Source: Lingula anatina (lineage: Eukaryota > Animalia > Brachiopoda). Taken from it: DNA of 64,000 nucleotides. The DNA is taken from contig JBPQGU010000016.1 in the NCBI GenBank assembly GCA_051362555.1, positions 806,001-870,000 on the forward strand. The letters are read 5' to 3'. The notes beneath the pieces are model-generated. The model saw nothing but the letters and a program-made list of their open reading frames with translations, did not search any database and was not told the DNA's origin. Numbering within the stretch: the stretch's first letter is position 1; every line of letters starts with the position of its first letter. A program made the position numbers and the translations under genes. Positions 38,202 through 49,903 of the stretch are shown here, piece after piece.

Positions 38202-39056
38202 TTCAGTTATCGGTATTCTGGGCTTCCTTTTTGCGAGTAAGGATTGAATGATTCACATACAAAAAAAAAATTACTATACAGCCACTCATGCAGGCACATT
38301 CTATAATTCCCAATGAAACTCTCCTTTTAAGATAGGGCCAAATTGTGTCGACGAACTTTTTATAGGCATTTATATATTTATGGGCTACATAAACATTTAT
38401 CTAAGCTTACATGTCGTGATACTCTTCTGCTTTGGTTGTGAATTTGACTAGGATTTGTTTATACACGAACAGTTAATTAAATATAGTACTTTCTCCGGGT
38501 CTTTTATCCAATGTTTTTCTTCCTGGTTTTGTAGAGATTGTTGTTGACATTATTAAAAGAAAATCCAGTAGGTTTATACAGATTTATAAAAAGCGTTTAG
38601 CGTGTAGAATCAACAACGTGTTTCCATTGCACTCCTTTATGTTCACAATCACAAGTCAAGATCCCACGAGTATAGAACACTACGCCTCCCTAATATCTTG
38701 CAGAATAACATTTTTTAACATTTGCTGAAACCAGAACACATTGATCAAAATGAGGAATGTGAGAACAAAGACAAGGAAATCTTAGAACAAACAAAATCAA
38801 TGACCAATGATGACAGGAGGAGAGGTAGTGCGATTGCACCCACCGCAAGTGATTTTTGATAAAAGATATGTTACGTGTAAACGTGTTCTCCACCCCTCCC
38901 CCCAAGTTCATAAGAAAGCTTTTTTTTCTATATCCTTCTTTATATTAAAATGTGTGTAATTCAAATAACGTATGCTCTCACACAACTGTAACAAATCCTC
39001 TCCGTCAACTTGGGGAACCTGTGCGTGTATTATTATTTTGTTTGCCAACAGCCGTG

Positions 39057-39093
39057 GGGAATTCCCTCTTCATCCACCGAACTTTATGATTGG
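39057..39093 (-). promoter_or_regulatory. NF-kappaB site (GGGAATTCCC) plus CCAAT box upstream of TLR copy A
   Basis: Perfect kappaB palindrome 39057-39066 with gattgg about 20 nt away; conserved upstream of all three copies. Confidence 0.6.
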
Positions 39094-41795
39094 ACAGGCT
39101 TTTTTAAGGTGATACGTGAGTATATTGTCTGTTACATAAAGGCAATTTGGGAAGTTTTGAAAAGGAAGATGATTGCCTTTTGAGGCTTGCCATGTGAGGT
39201 TTAAAAATGTCAAGTTTGATCTGTGGCAACATTTTCTTTGAAATAAACACAGAAGTTAAAATTGAGGAAGTTATAAACGGAAGTAAAAATTACTGACTTC
39301 AAAAGAAATTAAAATTTATTTGGGTATTGTAAGAAAATATCACATCATTTCAAAACAGTCCACAGTGCGTCCTCTAGGGGCAGGCCAGGAGGCACCTCTG
39401 CTGAGCAAAGAGCGCAGGGTTTGCGGGGAGCTGAGGAGCGCGAGCATCTGGCTCAGCGCAAGTGGCGCGCGCCAATTGCTTACCGTGTGCGGGGTGCTTT
39501 ACAAGTTCAGTTGCAAACATACGGGATGTTAATGAGTAGATTTTTCGTATCAGTAATACGCTTTGCATATCATATCTGACATTTTATCTATCTTTATTTT
39601 CAAATTTCAAAAGTTTCATATACGTAGTAGTAAAATGAAAATAAAATATATATTAGATCAAACGATATTAACTATTTTGAACATATTTTTAAATATTAAT
39701 TTTTTTCAATCGTATATCTATGACGATTCTAGGACAATCCCCCCGCCCCCAGGAAAGTCCCCCCCCCCCCAAGAAATATATATTCGTATACAAATATAAA
39801 GTACTGTAAAAACTATAAAGTTTAAAACATTCCATCCCTTTTTATTAATATTTTAATGTGATAATGCGCATGCGTCTTCATCATGAAACATTATTTTATA
39901 AGAAATTCCTTTTCACTTTATATTTTTATATATTTGTATATAAATATATATTATTTATATATATTTGTATATAAATATTTATTTTCGGAGGGAATCGTCC
40001 GGGGGGAGGGGATTGTTCGGGAGTGGGGGGGGGGGGCGGGATTATATAAAAGCACTGTGCTATATGACAAGCTTTCCCTGGAAAAAAAACTTGAAGTCTT
40101 CCATCAGATCTCTTTGAGGTTTTCAGTAAACTTCTAGAGGTGTGCTTAGTCATTATCATGTTATCAGTGACAAGGCATCAGCAACAGTGGAAGGGTGACG
40201 TATTATACAAATGGACTATACACGCCTCTGTATGACTAACATCAAATTGCTTATCATGTTACACACAAACGGCACAAACTGTCGGGCGTAGATGTCTTAT
40301 GCGCTTTTTTTTTATTATTTTGATTACGACCTTGAGAATCCATGCGTGTACACATTATTGTTCGCCCACAGCTGTGGGGGATTCCCTCATGTACCCCTCT
40401 TCTTTATGATTGGATAGCCTTTGTTGTCATGTACGGTAGAACGGGTTTTGATACTTCGATGAAGGTCAGGCTTATTTAACTTAGGCCCTATTTAGGTACA
40501 ATTTACTTTTGAGTAAATTGCAGCATTTTTGTACTCAGCACTAATGTTTTGTCCTGTGAAAGCCTGTACTTGTTAGTTCAATTACTCCCGCTACTCAATT
40601 TTTTTTCGCCCAACATATTTCTGCTACATACAAATAAACATACTTGTTGCTTATAAATAATTTTAAAAAACGAAAGAGAAAGAAGAATCTTTCGAGAAAT
40701 TTTATGTTTTTAAGACAATGCATGGATTGTTTTTAACACTTCCTTCTCTCCTCTCCCATCTGGAAGCAGGAAACGACAGTGACATGAGGTACCAGGAAGC
40801 CCCTACCCTAAAAAATTCCCAATTTGTCCTGACATCCTTCAAATTTTTCTAACAACCTCGTGCACCAATTAATACATATCTGAACAAAGTTTCAAGGGCA
40901 GAAATATGCCATGTAGTTTTGACGGCTTTTTTCTTCTTTTCTCCAAGCCTAGAATGTACATGTATACGAGTAATTTTATTTTAAAAAATCTTTCTTGAAG
41001 AAGTGTCTTTAACATAATAATTTCTTTCATAAAAGATAAAAAATTCAAGTGAGAAATGTTTATATCAAATCTCTCTTAGGCTTTATTTATACTTTAAGAG
41101 CATTGCTGAGCCGCTTTAAGTTCATCGACGTACATATTCTATTTATAAAGAATATTGTATTAATAAAGAAGACTGGATACAAGAGTCTTCAGACGCAAAA
41201 AGAAAGTGGCATCACAAAATATGCATTTATTTATGGCATCTACATATCATTATTTGTTCCCTTAAAATAAATTATATTGTCACACAATTGTTACAAATAT
41301 AAGGTATAATTCAAAAGATTTTTCACACAGTTTACAACTTTTCACAATAATCTCGAAATAGGATACTGTTTAACTGGGGTCGATTGATGAATCCATTGTT
41401 TCACTTCTATCCAAAATTGCCCAACTATTTCACAGCCAATAAATATGCAGTTATTAGTTTTAAAATATGTCTTATATTATTATTTTAAATTCAAAAAGTA
41501 AGCTCTTTAATCCAGATTTCTATATATTGCCTTAACATTAACAAGTAAGTTTGTTGCCTTAAAATTCTAACACTCATTTTAGTTGTTCCCATTTTTTGTT
41601 CACCATGTGGTGTTTTATAGAGATCTTTTACAAATATATTACATATACATTTCTGCACCCTTTTCAAACTTTACGTACCCCAGTAATGTTTGAATTATGC
41701 GAACAGAAATTCATATATTTAAGAACAGAATCGGGAAAAAAACAACCCTTAATATTCAACAATGGAATATATGCAATACTCAACACAATAAAACC

Positions 41796-41862
41796 AAATC
41801 CAATCAGCTACATGAGTTCAGTCATGTCATCTTTCTCGGGTTGCACGAGTATATTATTATTT
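41796..41862 (-). pseudogene. Remnant of a fourth TLR: last codons of a TIR exon and stop
   Basis: aaatccaatcagctacatgagttcagtcatgtcatctttctcgggttgcacgagtatattatt matches 34866-34930. Confidence 0.75.
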
Positions 41863-42287
41863 TGTGAATAGGTTCAGTGTGGTGGGTAGGTGGGTAGTGG
41901 TCAAGCAATTCAAAGTGACAAATAATCAATGGGATACCTGGATAATCGAGATCTGTTTGCCCCACCTTAACCTAGAGATACACCTTGATTCAAGACTTAC
42001 TCAACCAAGGGGGGGGGGGGGGATAATAAAGCAATTAAAAGTAAAACAATTCATCAAAAGGTTACCTGGATGAGTGAGATCGTTCGTTTACCCCACCTTT
42101 ACCTGATGATATAGTTTGATCAGATTTTTAATAAAATGTTCTATGCTTCTTTCCCTAAAATCTTCTGTACTTGTTCTCCACGAAAATAATTTGTTTAGTG
42201 AAATGAATATTATCTCTCCTCGAGTTGCATCATCACACTAAGAAATATTCAGAAAATGGATAAAAAAATTTGAACTTTCTACTCTTT

Positions 42288-42354
<67 letters not shown>

Positions 42355-44466
42355 TCGGGAGGAGGGAATCGTCCAGGGGGGGGGGGATTGTGCGGGAGGA
42401 AGGATTATATAAAAGCACTGTGCTATATGACAAGCTTTCATTGGAAAAAAGGTTGAAGCCTTCCATCAGATCTCTTTAAGGCTTTCAGTAATCTTCTAGA
42501 GGTGTGCTTAGTCATCATCGTGTTATCAGTGACAAGGCATCAGCAACAGTGGAAGGGGCTTCTGTATGATTGCTCAGGTACACCTTTCTTATTGGATTAC
42601 CATGCGTGTATACATTATTGTTCGCCCACAGCTGTGGGGGATTCCCTCATGTACCCCTGCTCTTAATGATTGGAAAGCCTTTGTTGTCATTTACGGTAGA
42701 ACGGGTTTTGATCCTTCAAGGAAGGTAAGGCTTTTTAGACTTATTTAGGTACAATCTACTCCCGAGTAAATAAAGTGCAGCATTTTTGTGCTCAACACTA
42801 ATATTTTGTTTTGTGAAAGCCTGTACTTGTTAGTTCAATTACTCCCGCTCTGATTATTTTTTTTTTTCGCCAAATATATTTCTGCTACATACAAATTAGC
42901 AAGGAAGTAGCATCTCTCGAGAAATTTTATGTTTTTTAAGACGATGCACGGATTGTTTTTAATACTTCCTTCTCTCCTCTCCCATCTGGATGCAGAGAAC
43001 GACAGTGACATGAGGTACCAGGGAGCCCGTACCCCAAAAAAAGCAAGTCCCAATTTGTCCTGACATCCTTAACATTTTTCTAACAACCTCGTTCACCAAT
43101 GCATACATGACAAAGTTTCAAGGGCAGAAATATGCTATGTAGATTTGGCGGCTTTTTCCTTCTTTTGCTCCAAGCCTAGAATGTACATGTATACGAGTAT
43201 ATTTATTTTAAAAAATCTTTGTTGAAGAATGTCTTAAACATAATAATTTCTTTCATAAAAGATAAAAAAATTAAAGTAAGAAATGTTTATATCAAATCTC
43301 TCTCTCCCATTGCTGAGCCGCTTTAGGTTAATCGAGGTGCATATTGTAGTAATAAAGAATACTGTATTAATACAGAACACTGGATACAAGAGACGGCAAA
43401 GGCGAAAAGAAAGTGACGTCACAAAATATGCATCTATTCATGGCATCTACATATCAAAATTTATTTACTCAAAATAAATTATATTGTCACACAATTGTTA
43501 CAAATATCCACACAGTTTTTCGATCTAATCTACAATACGTAAGCCATAAGTGCATGTTACAAAACAGTTCAAAAACCAAAAACCTCAGCCACATAACTTC
43601 AGTCATCTCGTCTTCATCAGCTTGCTCAAGTGGTTTATTCACATCAAAAATTGCGTCGGAAAGACGATTCCAGAACAGACAGAGTCCGTCTGGGTTCTCA
43701 GTCCACTTTATATTCCCTCAACAGTTTAAAATCAAATCCAATCAGCTACATGAGTTCAGTCGTGTCATCTTTCTCGGGTTGCACAAGTATATTATTCTCA
43801 TGAAAAATGGCGTTGGAGAGGCGTTTCCAGAACAAACGTTGTCCATCGGGGTCCTCAGTCCACTTTATATACCCTCTAGCTCTAATGTACTTTCGCAGCG
43901 ATTTCGTCATAGCATCAAATGGCACAGGTTGAAACATAACCGGGATTACTGATTGATAACCACGAGCAAGAGACATCTGAAACTCAAACTCACACCAAGG
44001 ATTGAGAACGTAGCTCTCAGACAGAACAAGCACTGTTTTGCTGCTGTTTTCCACGGCCTCTACGATGGCCTCAGAAAGGGAAGCGCCACCAATGAAATTT
44101 CTTTGATCTATGATGACATCAAGTTGATCCTCGTCTTCTAGATGACGCAACAGCACGTGCGTTACCCAGTAATAATCGTTGTCGTCATAGGAGGCGTACA
44201 CGTGACCAGGTGTTGCAGTAATGACACCTCTCTTTCGAAAATGGCGGCGAAGAAGGAAGAAGTGGTATCTATAAGATAGGGAGAAAAATCAAAAACTTAA
44301 TCGGTAATCATTACAAATATTTTACTGCAATGTTGCACTAAATGACAGAAACACATTTTTACCCAACCAAACTACTGGGATTCACATTTCTAATGCAGTC
44401 CAACTCCAATATCGACAAGGCTATCTATGTATTCTGTGGAAAGAAAGTTTGGCATGGTAAAAGATA

Positions 44467-45557
44467 CACTGAGAATAAAATTGGAGTCATTTGACTCTCT
44501 AGTCAGAGTCCAGCACCCCTTGACCCTCATGGAGTTAATTTGACTCCTATATAAGGGTCAAATTACCACACTACCAGAGCTTTACACTCTCTTATCAGAG
44601 TCAATCACCCCCTGGCTCTCATGGAGTCAATCTGACTCTAAAATCAGAGTCAAATTATCGGGGGCCAGTGTCTGGCTGACCCTTTTCACCGACTCTTTTC
44701 GCTCGCTGGACAGAAAGCTTCGTTTCATTACTTGTGATGGCAGTGTGCAGACGGCGTGGAGAGAACAGTTTTCAGCATCCTTTGTCAGTATAAACATTAC
44801 TTTATTGGTCATAGTTGGTTCTATACATGAACAAGTGGTTTTCTGTGTGTTTCTTAATTTTTAATTTCTTAATTTTTACTGGCCCGGGCTTTCAGTTGCC
44901 ACACCCTTTATGTGATATGTTGGTATACAGGTCAGCAGGTTTTGTTTCCAGGTTGTAGGTTTGACCCACCAATGCATGTCAGTGGAGAGGTATGCTCACT
45001 CATTGGTTTATTTTTTCATCTTTAGATATGAGTTAAAATATCTCCCAAAGTTTACGATTTTGAAGGAAATAGTTTGTTTACTCTCTAGTATGGTCACACG
45101 GTTTCCTAATCCAACATCCAACAAACATGTCATGCTGTTTATTACCAGATTTACGAACTGTTTGTTATTGCTACATGTAATCCACTTCTCACCGCATGGC
45201 CTAGTGGTTAGGGTGTCTGCCTCTGGAGCGGGAGGACGCCGGGTTCGAACCCGTCCGGGGACAACAGTCTGAAATGAACGATACTTGCTGTCACTCCACT
45301 TGTCGCTATTGTAGCTGTTTTTGTTCATGATGTATCAAGGAGTCAAATATTCCTTAATATGGGGTCATGGTGACTCTTTTGTAGAGATAAATCAAGGGAT
45401 GAAGGGATGTGTGAATGTAGTCAATTGTGACCCTCCTGTGGGGTGTTGGGTGGCATTTCTCCTTCGGAGTCAACTTGACTCCAATTGGGAGTTATTTTAG
45501 GCACCACTGCTGGACTCCAAGTTTGGAGTCACTTGGACTCCGATTTTATTCTCAGTG
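44467..45557. mobile_element. Non-autonomous TIR DNA transposon (CACTG ends, EnSpm/CACTA-like) in TLR copy B intron
   Basis: TIRs cactgagaataaaat(t/c)ggagtc; subterminal gagtca..tgactc repeats; absent from the homologous introns of copies A and C; probable TA TSD (right copy reads TC). Confidence 0.8.
45193..45260 (+). other. tRNA-derived fragment (SINE head or tRNA pseudogene) inside the TIR element
   Basis: A box tggcctagtgg, B box ggttcgaaccc, CTG anticodon-like loop; acceptor and T stems imperfect. Confidence 0.6.
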
Positions 45558-46651
45558 TCATGTTGATATTCGATTGTCGATGAGGTCCAGCGGTTTTAAG
45601 GATACAAGATAGCCAAAAAAAAAAGTATTTTGGTATTGTGCTGATTTTGTTCACTGATAAATCGAGGATTTCCAAATGTGGGAGTTGTATTGGGTGTAGA
45701 CCACCTTTAGCAATTGATAAGTAGTTTTCAAAGGATGACCTTCTCTGTATTTGATTTTAATTATTAGTATTTATACTCATTTTAATACTATATTTTCCAG
45801 ATTCTTTCGCTATACTTAGTATATGTTGCAAAGAGAGCACAATGAACCCTAAGTACTATATATAATAACAGTTTTCCTGTGTTAAATTATTTTTGTGCGC
45901 ATTTTTGCTACATATTTAATCAATATAAAAATTAAACTTTTCTACATACACTCACAAGTTAACTCACTTGATATTCCAACGGTAAAAGTAAGCTACTATA
46001 AGACCACAGACCGCAGCAGATATGACACCGAGAGATGCTCCCAAGGAAAGCCACAGGTTTGATGAAATGATCGTATGTGTAGAACTGTCGCATTCCCTCT
46101 CAAGTCTACTCAGGCTGCTCTCTAAGCTTGTTTTAGATCCATTCATGTAGCAAGTGGAGTCATTGGAGAATATTGTCGTCATGTTAGAATGGATAATCAA
46201 ATGGAGGAATCCTATCCCGTCGCAAACGTTGCAGTCCATGGGATTGTTGCTCATGTTCAAAGTTACATCCAAACTACTGGCATTCATCTTCATAATGTAG
46301 TCTAACTGCGATATTGCCAAGGCGGTTAGTTGATTAGTGCTTATATCTATGTATTCTATGGAAAGTAAGTTTGGCATGGTAAAAGATAATGTTGATATTC
46401 GATTGTCGCTGAGGTCCAGCCGTTTTAAGGATACAAGATAGCCAAAAATATAATTTATTGGTCACAATAAAGGGATTTATGTGTGATGAGGGTATTAATG
46501 TGATGTAAGATGCCCAGGGAAACTCCCAGAGACTAAGATAAGCTCCAGATGTTTCTTCCCTAATTACAGACAGGATGTCTTCGCTTTGTATTTCACGCTG
46601 TTAAGTTAATTACTACCAAGTGACACTGGTCAGATACCAGTATAGCAAAAC

Positions 46652-46748
46652 CTGATTGGACAGTACAACCTAGTCTCATTATGATCAGCCAATCAGAATC
46701 ATAAGGAGTTCAGCTTCACCAAGAACAAAGAACACTCTCTCTCACTTC
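46652..46748 (+). promoter_or_regulatory. Putative promoter in repeat A (inverted CCAAT pair plus Inr-like TCACTT); second copy in A2
   Basis: ctgattgg at 46652, agccaatcag at 46687, tcactt at 46742, upstream of a strong donor at 46917. Confidence 0.5.
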
Positions 46749-47036
46749 CTTAGAAAATTTTAACCTAGTAGTACATGCTCAGGAGAGAAAAGTTTTTAGT
46801 GAATTTCATAAAGTTTCTCAAAGTTTCTCGAAGTTATCAGCACCACAAGGAATATCAAGCAAAACGCAAGTGTATCATAAAGAGGCGATCACCAGTTAAT
46901 CAAATTCACAACAAGGGTGAGTACCTAAATTCTAGAACCTGTTTGAGTATTTAAGATCAAAGTTTAAGCTATTGCAGTATTTAGTGAATTTTGCATTCAC
47001 TTTACACAGAACTTGACTTGTCTCACATTATTCAGA

Positions 47037-47615
47037 ATGGTTCACAAGGTTTTAGCACTGGGTCACTCATACATTTGTAGGTTAGGGCAAACTGTAGAAA
47101 ATCTGCAAGAAGACTATTTTAATCTGGGTTTTGACGGGACTAGTGTACAAGTTGTCTGTCATGGCATAGGGGGAGGTGTAATTAGTAAGGGCCCTAAGTC
47201 TCTTAGAAATGAAATGCATATGCTAGCTAGCTATAACCCAGATGTAGTATACCTTCAAGTAGGAGGCAACGATTTGGCTAAGAAATATGCAGATCCCTTA
47301 GGAACTGCACAGGAGGTATTGAAATTTGCTGAGGACTTGATCAGTTTCCCAAGCGTTAAGTTAGTCATCATTGGACAACTGCTGCCACGTTATGTAGATA
47401 CAGGGTCTTACAATGAAAAGGTAGTTAAAACAAATCTACATCTCAAAGCATATGCACAAAGTTGCCCCAACATATATTTTTGGCATCACAGGGGTTTCTG
47501 GAAAGATTCACGGGGCATGTTTAGTAGAGATAGGGTACATTTGAACTATTCAGGAATGCAAAAATATGCCAAGAGCGTACGCTGTGCCATAGGAAAGGGC
47601 CTTGCAAAATTGTAG
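47037..47615 (+). CDS. SGNH/GDSL-family hydrolase carried by the retrotransposon (192 aa)
   Basis: Four blocks present: LGHSY (Ser), GIGGG (Gly), QVGGND (Asn), DRVH (Asp-x-x-His). Confidence 0.85.
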   Translation: MVHKVLALGHSYICRLGQTVENLQEDYFNLGFDGTSVQVVCHGIGGGVISKGPKSLRNEMHMLASYNPDVVYLQVGGNDLAKKYADPLGTAQEVLKFAEDLISFPSVKLVIIGQLLPRYVDTGSYNEKVVKTNLHLKAYAQSCPNIYFWHHRGFWKDSRGMFSRDRVHLNYSGMQKYAKSVRCAIGKGLAKL

Positions 47616-48025
47616 TAGCCAACAGAACCTAAGTTTAGTTAAGCACTTTAGTTTCAGTACTGCACTCTCAAGAGTAGAATTAACATTTAAAACACACAGT
47701 TTACAGTGAAGGCCAGTTCATCTTAACTGCATATTTTAACTAGTACAATTGGAACTAACTTCACAAATCAGGCATTGTTCAGTGAGAAAGTAGCATCAGC
47801 TATCAAATTATCCCGGTGTAAGTACATATAAACATGTCTTGGAAATAGTTAATATGCTAACAAGGGAAGTCCTATATAGGATAAATGACAATAGTCTCCA
47901 TTTTTATAGTGTTGGTTTAGCAAACTTAGTATATAAAGTGCTGTATGAAAATTATGTTTCTTTGCAAAATTATAAATTGGTTTTTGCTCAGTGCTTAATC
48001 TCTGATTTAAATTCAATAATGTAAA

Positions 48026-48617
48026 GCTAACATGTGGAGATTCAACAGTATCTGACTGTTTGTATGGGGCGAGTTCTTCAGTAGTGTTGGCTATGCTAAC
48101 ATGTGGAGATCGTCTCCAGTATTGGATTGTTTGTATGGGGCGAGTTCTTCAGTAGTGTTGGCTATGCTAACATGTGGAGATCGTCTCCAGTATTGAATTG
48201 TTTGTATGGGGCGAGTTCTTCAGTAGTGTTGGCTATGCTAACATGTGGAGATCGTCTCCAGTATTGGAATGTGGTATGGGGCGAGTTCTTCAGTAGTGTT
48301 GGCTATGCTAACATGTGGAGATCGTCTCCAGTATTGGATTGTTTGTATGGGGCGAGTTCTTCAGTAGTGTTGGCTATGCTAACATGTGGAGATCGTCTCC
48401 AGTATTGGATTGTTTGTATGGGGCGAGTTCTTCAGTAGTGTTGGCTATGCTAACATGTGGAGATCGTCTCCAGTATTGGATTGTTTGTATGGGGCGAGTT
48501 CTTCAGTAGTGTTGGCTATGCTAACATGTGGAGATCGTCTCCAGTATTGGATTGTTTGTATGGGGCGAGTTCTTCAGTAGTGTTGGCTATGCTAACATGT
48601 GGAGATCGTTTCCAGTA
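48026..48617 (+). repeat. 71-bp tandem repeat, about 8.3 copies, inside the retrotransposon between SGNH and gag
   Basis: Unit gctaacatgtggagatcgtctccagtattggattgtttgtatggggcgagttcttcagtagtgttggctat; identical spurious ORFs start 71 nt apart (48315, 48386, 48457). Confidence 0.95.
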
Positions 48618-48928
48618 CTTGCTTGATGTAGGAAGTGAGATCTCAGTAGTGTTAGAATCAGCTACATTTTCATTAGGCTAATAGAGTCCATTTCAGACTC
48701 AATATAAGCATATATATGGATATACCATATACTAATTTGAGTTTAGAAATGCATATAAACATGTGAAGGCTAAATTAGGTTCAGTTAAATTTATAATGAT
48801 TCAGCAGCTGTAATGTTTACTGTCAGTAAAATAGTACTTAAGGTATTCTAGTGTATCTCCTATTCATTTCACAAAATAACCCCATGGACAAGCTTGCTGT
48901 GCGCATAAATTTACTTATTCCAGTAGAC

Positions 48929-49903
48929 ATGCCACCAACAAGAAGGAGTCGAGTGAGTGCCCGGGCAACACCAGTGGCCCCTCGTGGGAGACCAGCTCGT
49001 GCATCCAAAACAAACAGCAGACAAGAAATGGCAATCCAAAACTTAGAAGCAGCCATTGACTATGATAAATTAGCCGATAAAGTGGCTCAAAGACTAATGG
49101 CTGCCCAACAGAATACTCCACCCACGCCTACTGAAACGCCCACATTTGAACCACAGCCAGGTCCAAGCTCTTCCCAGGATGAACAACCCAGTGCAGGTAC
49201 GAACTTTCTGATTGACCCAAACCTGTATACAACTATGCCTCTGGGTTTTCACGTGGATGAAAAGACCAGACAAAAAATCTTTAACAATGAATATGTGGAA
49301 TTTGCACAGCTTTTATACCCAGAGCAGAGCACAACTTTCAACCTTTACACAGACAGAGACGGTAATGTCACCTCACAACCAAAAACAAAATTCCTAAGAA
49401 GTATAAACCAGTGGAACCAGTCTTTTGACATTTTTCTGGCTATTTATTCATCTAAATTTTCAAACGAAACCCCCAATTTAGCTAAGTATGCAAGTACAAT
49501 TAGACAAATTGACAACACATATGGATTTGCAGCTGCAAAATTTTATGATGAAAATTTTAGAAAGCTAAGAGCCTTGGCCCCTCTTGACTGGTCCATAGCA
49601 CATAATGAGCTATGGCGACAGGTAACCATCAAATTTAATAAAGTAGGCCCAACAACATTCTCCCGCCCAGTTAGGAAACAGCCCCAGCCCTTTCGTTCCC
49701 AATACAACACGAGGACCCCCTTTGGATATTGCAGAAAGTACAATTCTGAAGGAGTATGCCACTACAACAACTGCATATACAGGCATGCTTGCTTCCAATG
49801 CCAACAACAGCACCCTTTCAAGTTCTGCAGAGGAAAAGATAATCACAACCCAAAACAAAACCCTGCAAGCACTACCAACACCAATAAAGGCAAAACTTCT
49901 TGA
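48929..49903 (+). CDS. gag: Gag-like ORF of Ngaro element (about 324 aa; start could also be ATG 48884)
   Basis: KIFNNEYVEFAQLL, SINQWNQSFDIF, YDENFR and a C-terminal Cys/His finger CRKYN...C....C.YRHAC..C...H....C; lies before and overlaps pol. Confidence 0.85.
   Translation: MPPTRRSRVSARATPVAPRGRPARASKTNSRQEMAIQNLEAAIDYDKLADKVAQRLMAAQQNTPPTPTETPTFEPQPGPSSSQDEQPSAGTNFLIDPNLYTTMPLGFHVDEKTRQKIFNNEYVEFAQLLYPEQSTTFNLYTDRDGNVTSQPKTKFLRSINQWNQSFDIFLAIYSSKFSNETPNLAKYASTIRQIDNTYGFAAAKFYDENFRKLRALAPLDWSIAHNELWRQVTIKFNKVGPTTFSRPVRKQPQPFRSQYNTRTPFGYCRKYNSEGVCHYNNCIYRHACFQCQQQHPFKFCRGKDNHNPKQNPASTTNTNKGKTS

Noticed and set aside
39725-40045. C-rich/G-rich inverted ends as a regulatory G-quadruplex switch
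   Set aside because: Looks like a decayed MITE copied with the cluster; boundaries and TSD cannot be resolved.
45193-45260. Functional tRNA-Gln gene
   Set aside because: Acceptor and T stems do not pair properly, and it lies inside a transposon.
48026-48617. CRISPR-like array or coding ORFs (MEIVSSIGLF...)
   Set aside because: Units are contiguous with no unique spacers, there are no cas genes, and the context is eukaryotic; the ORFs are by-products of the repeat.
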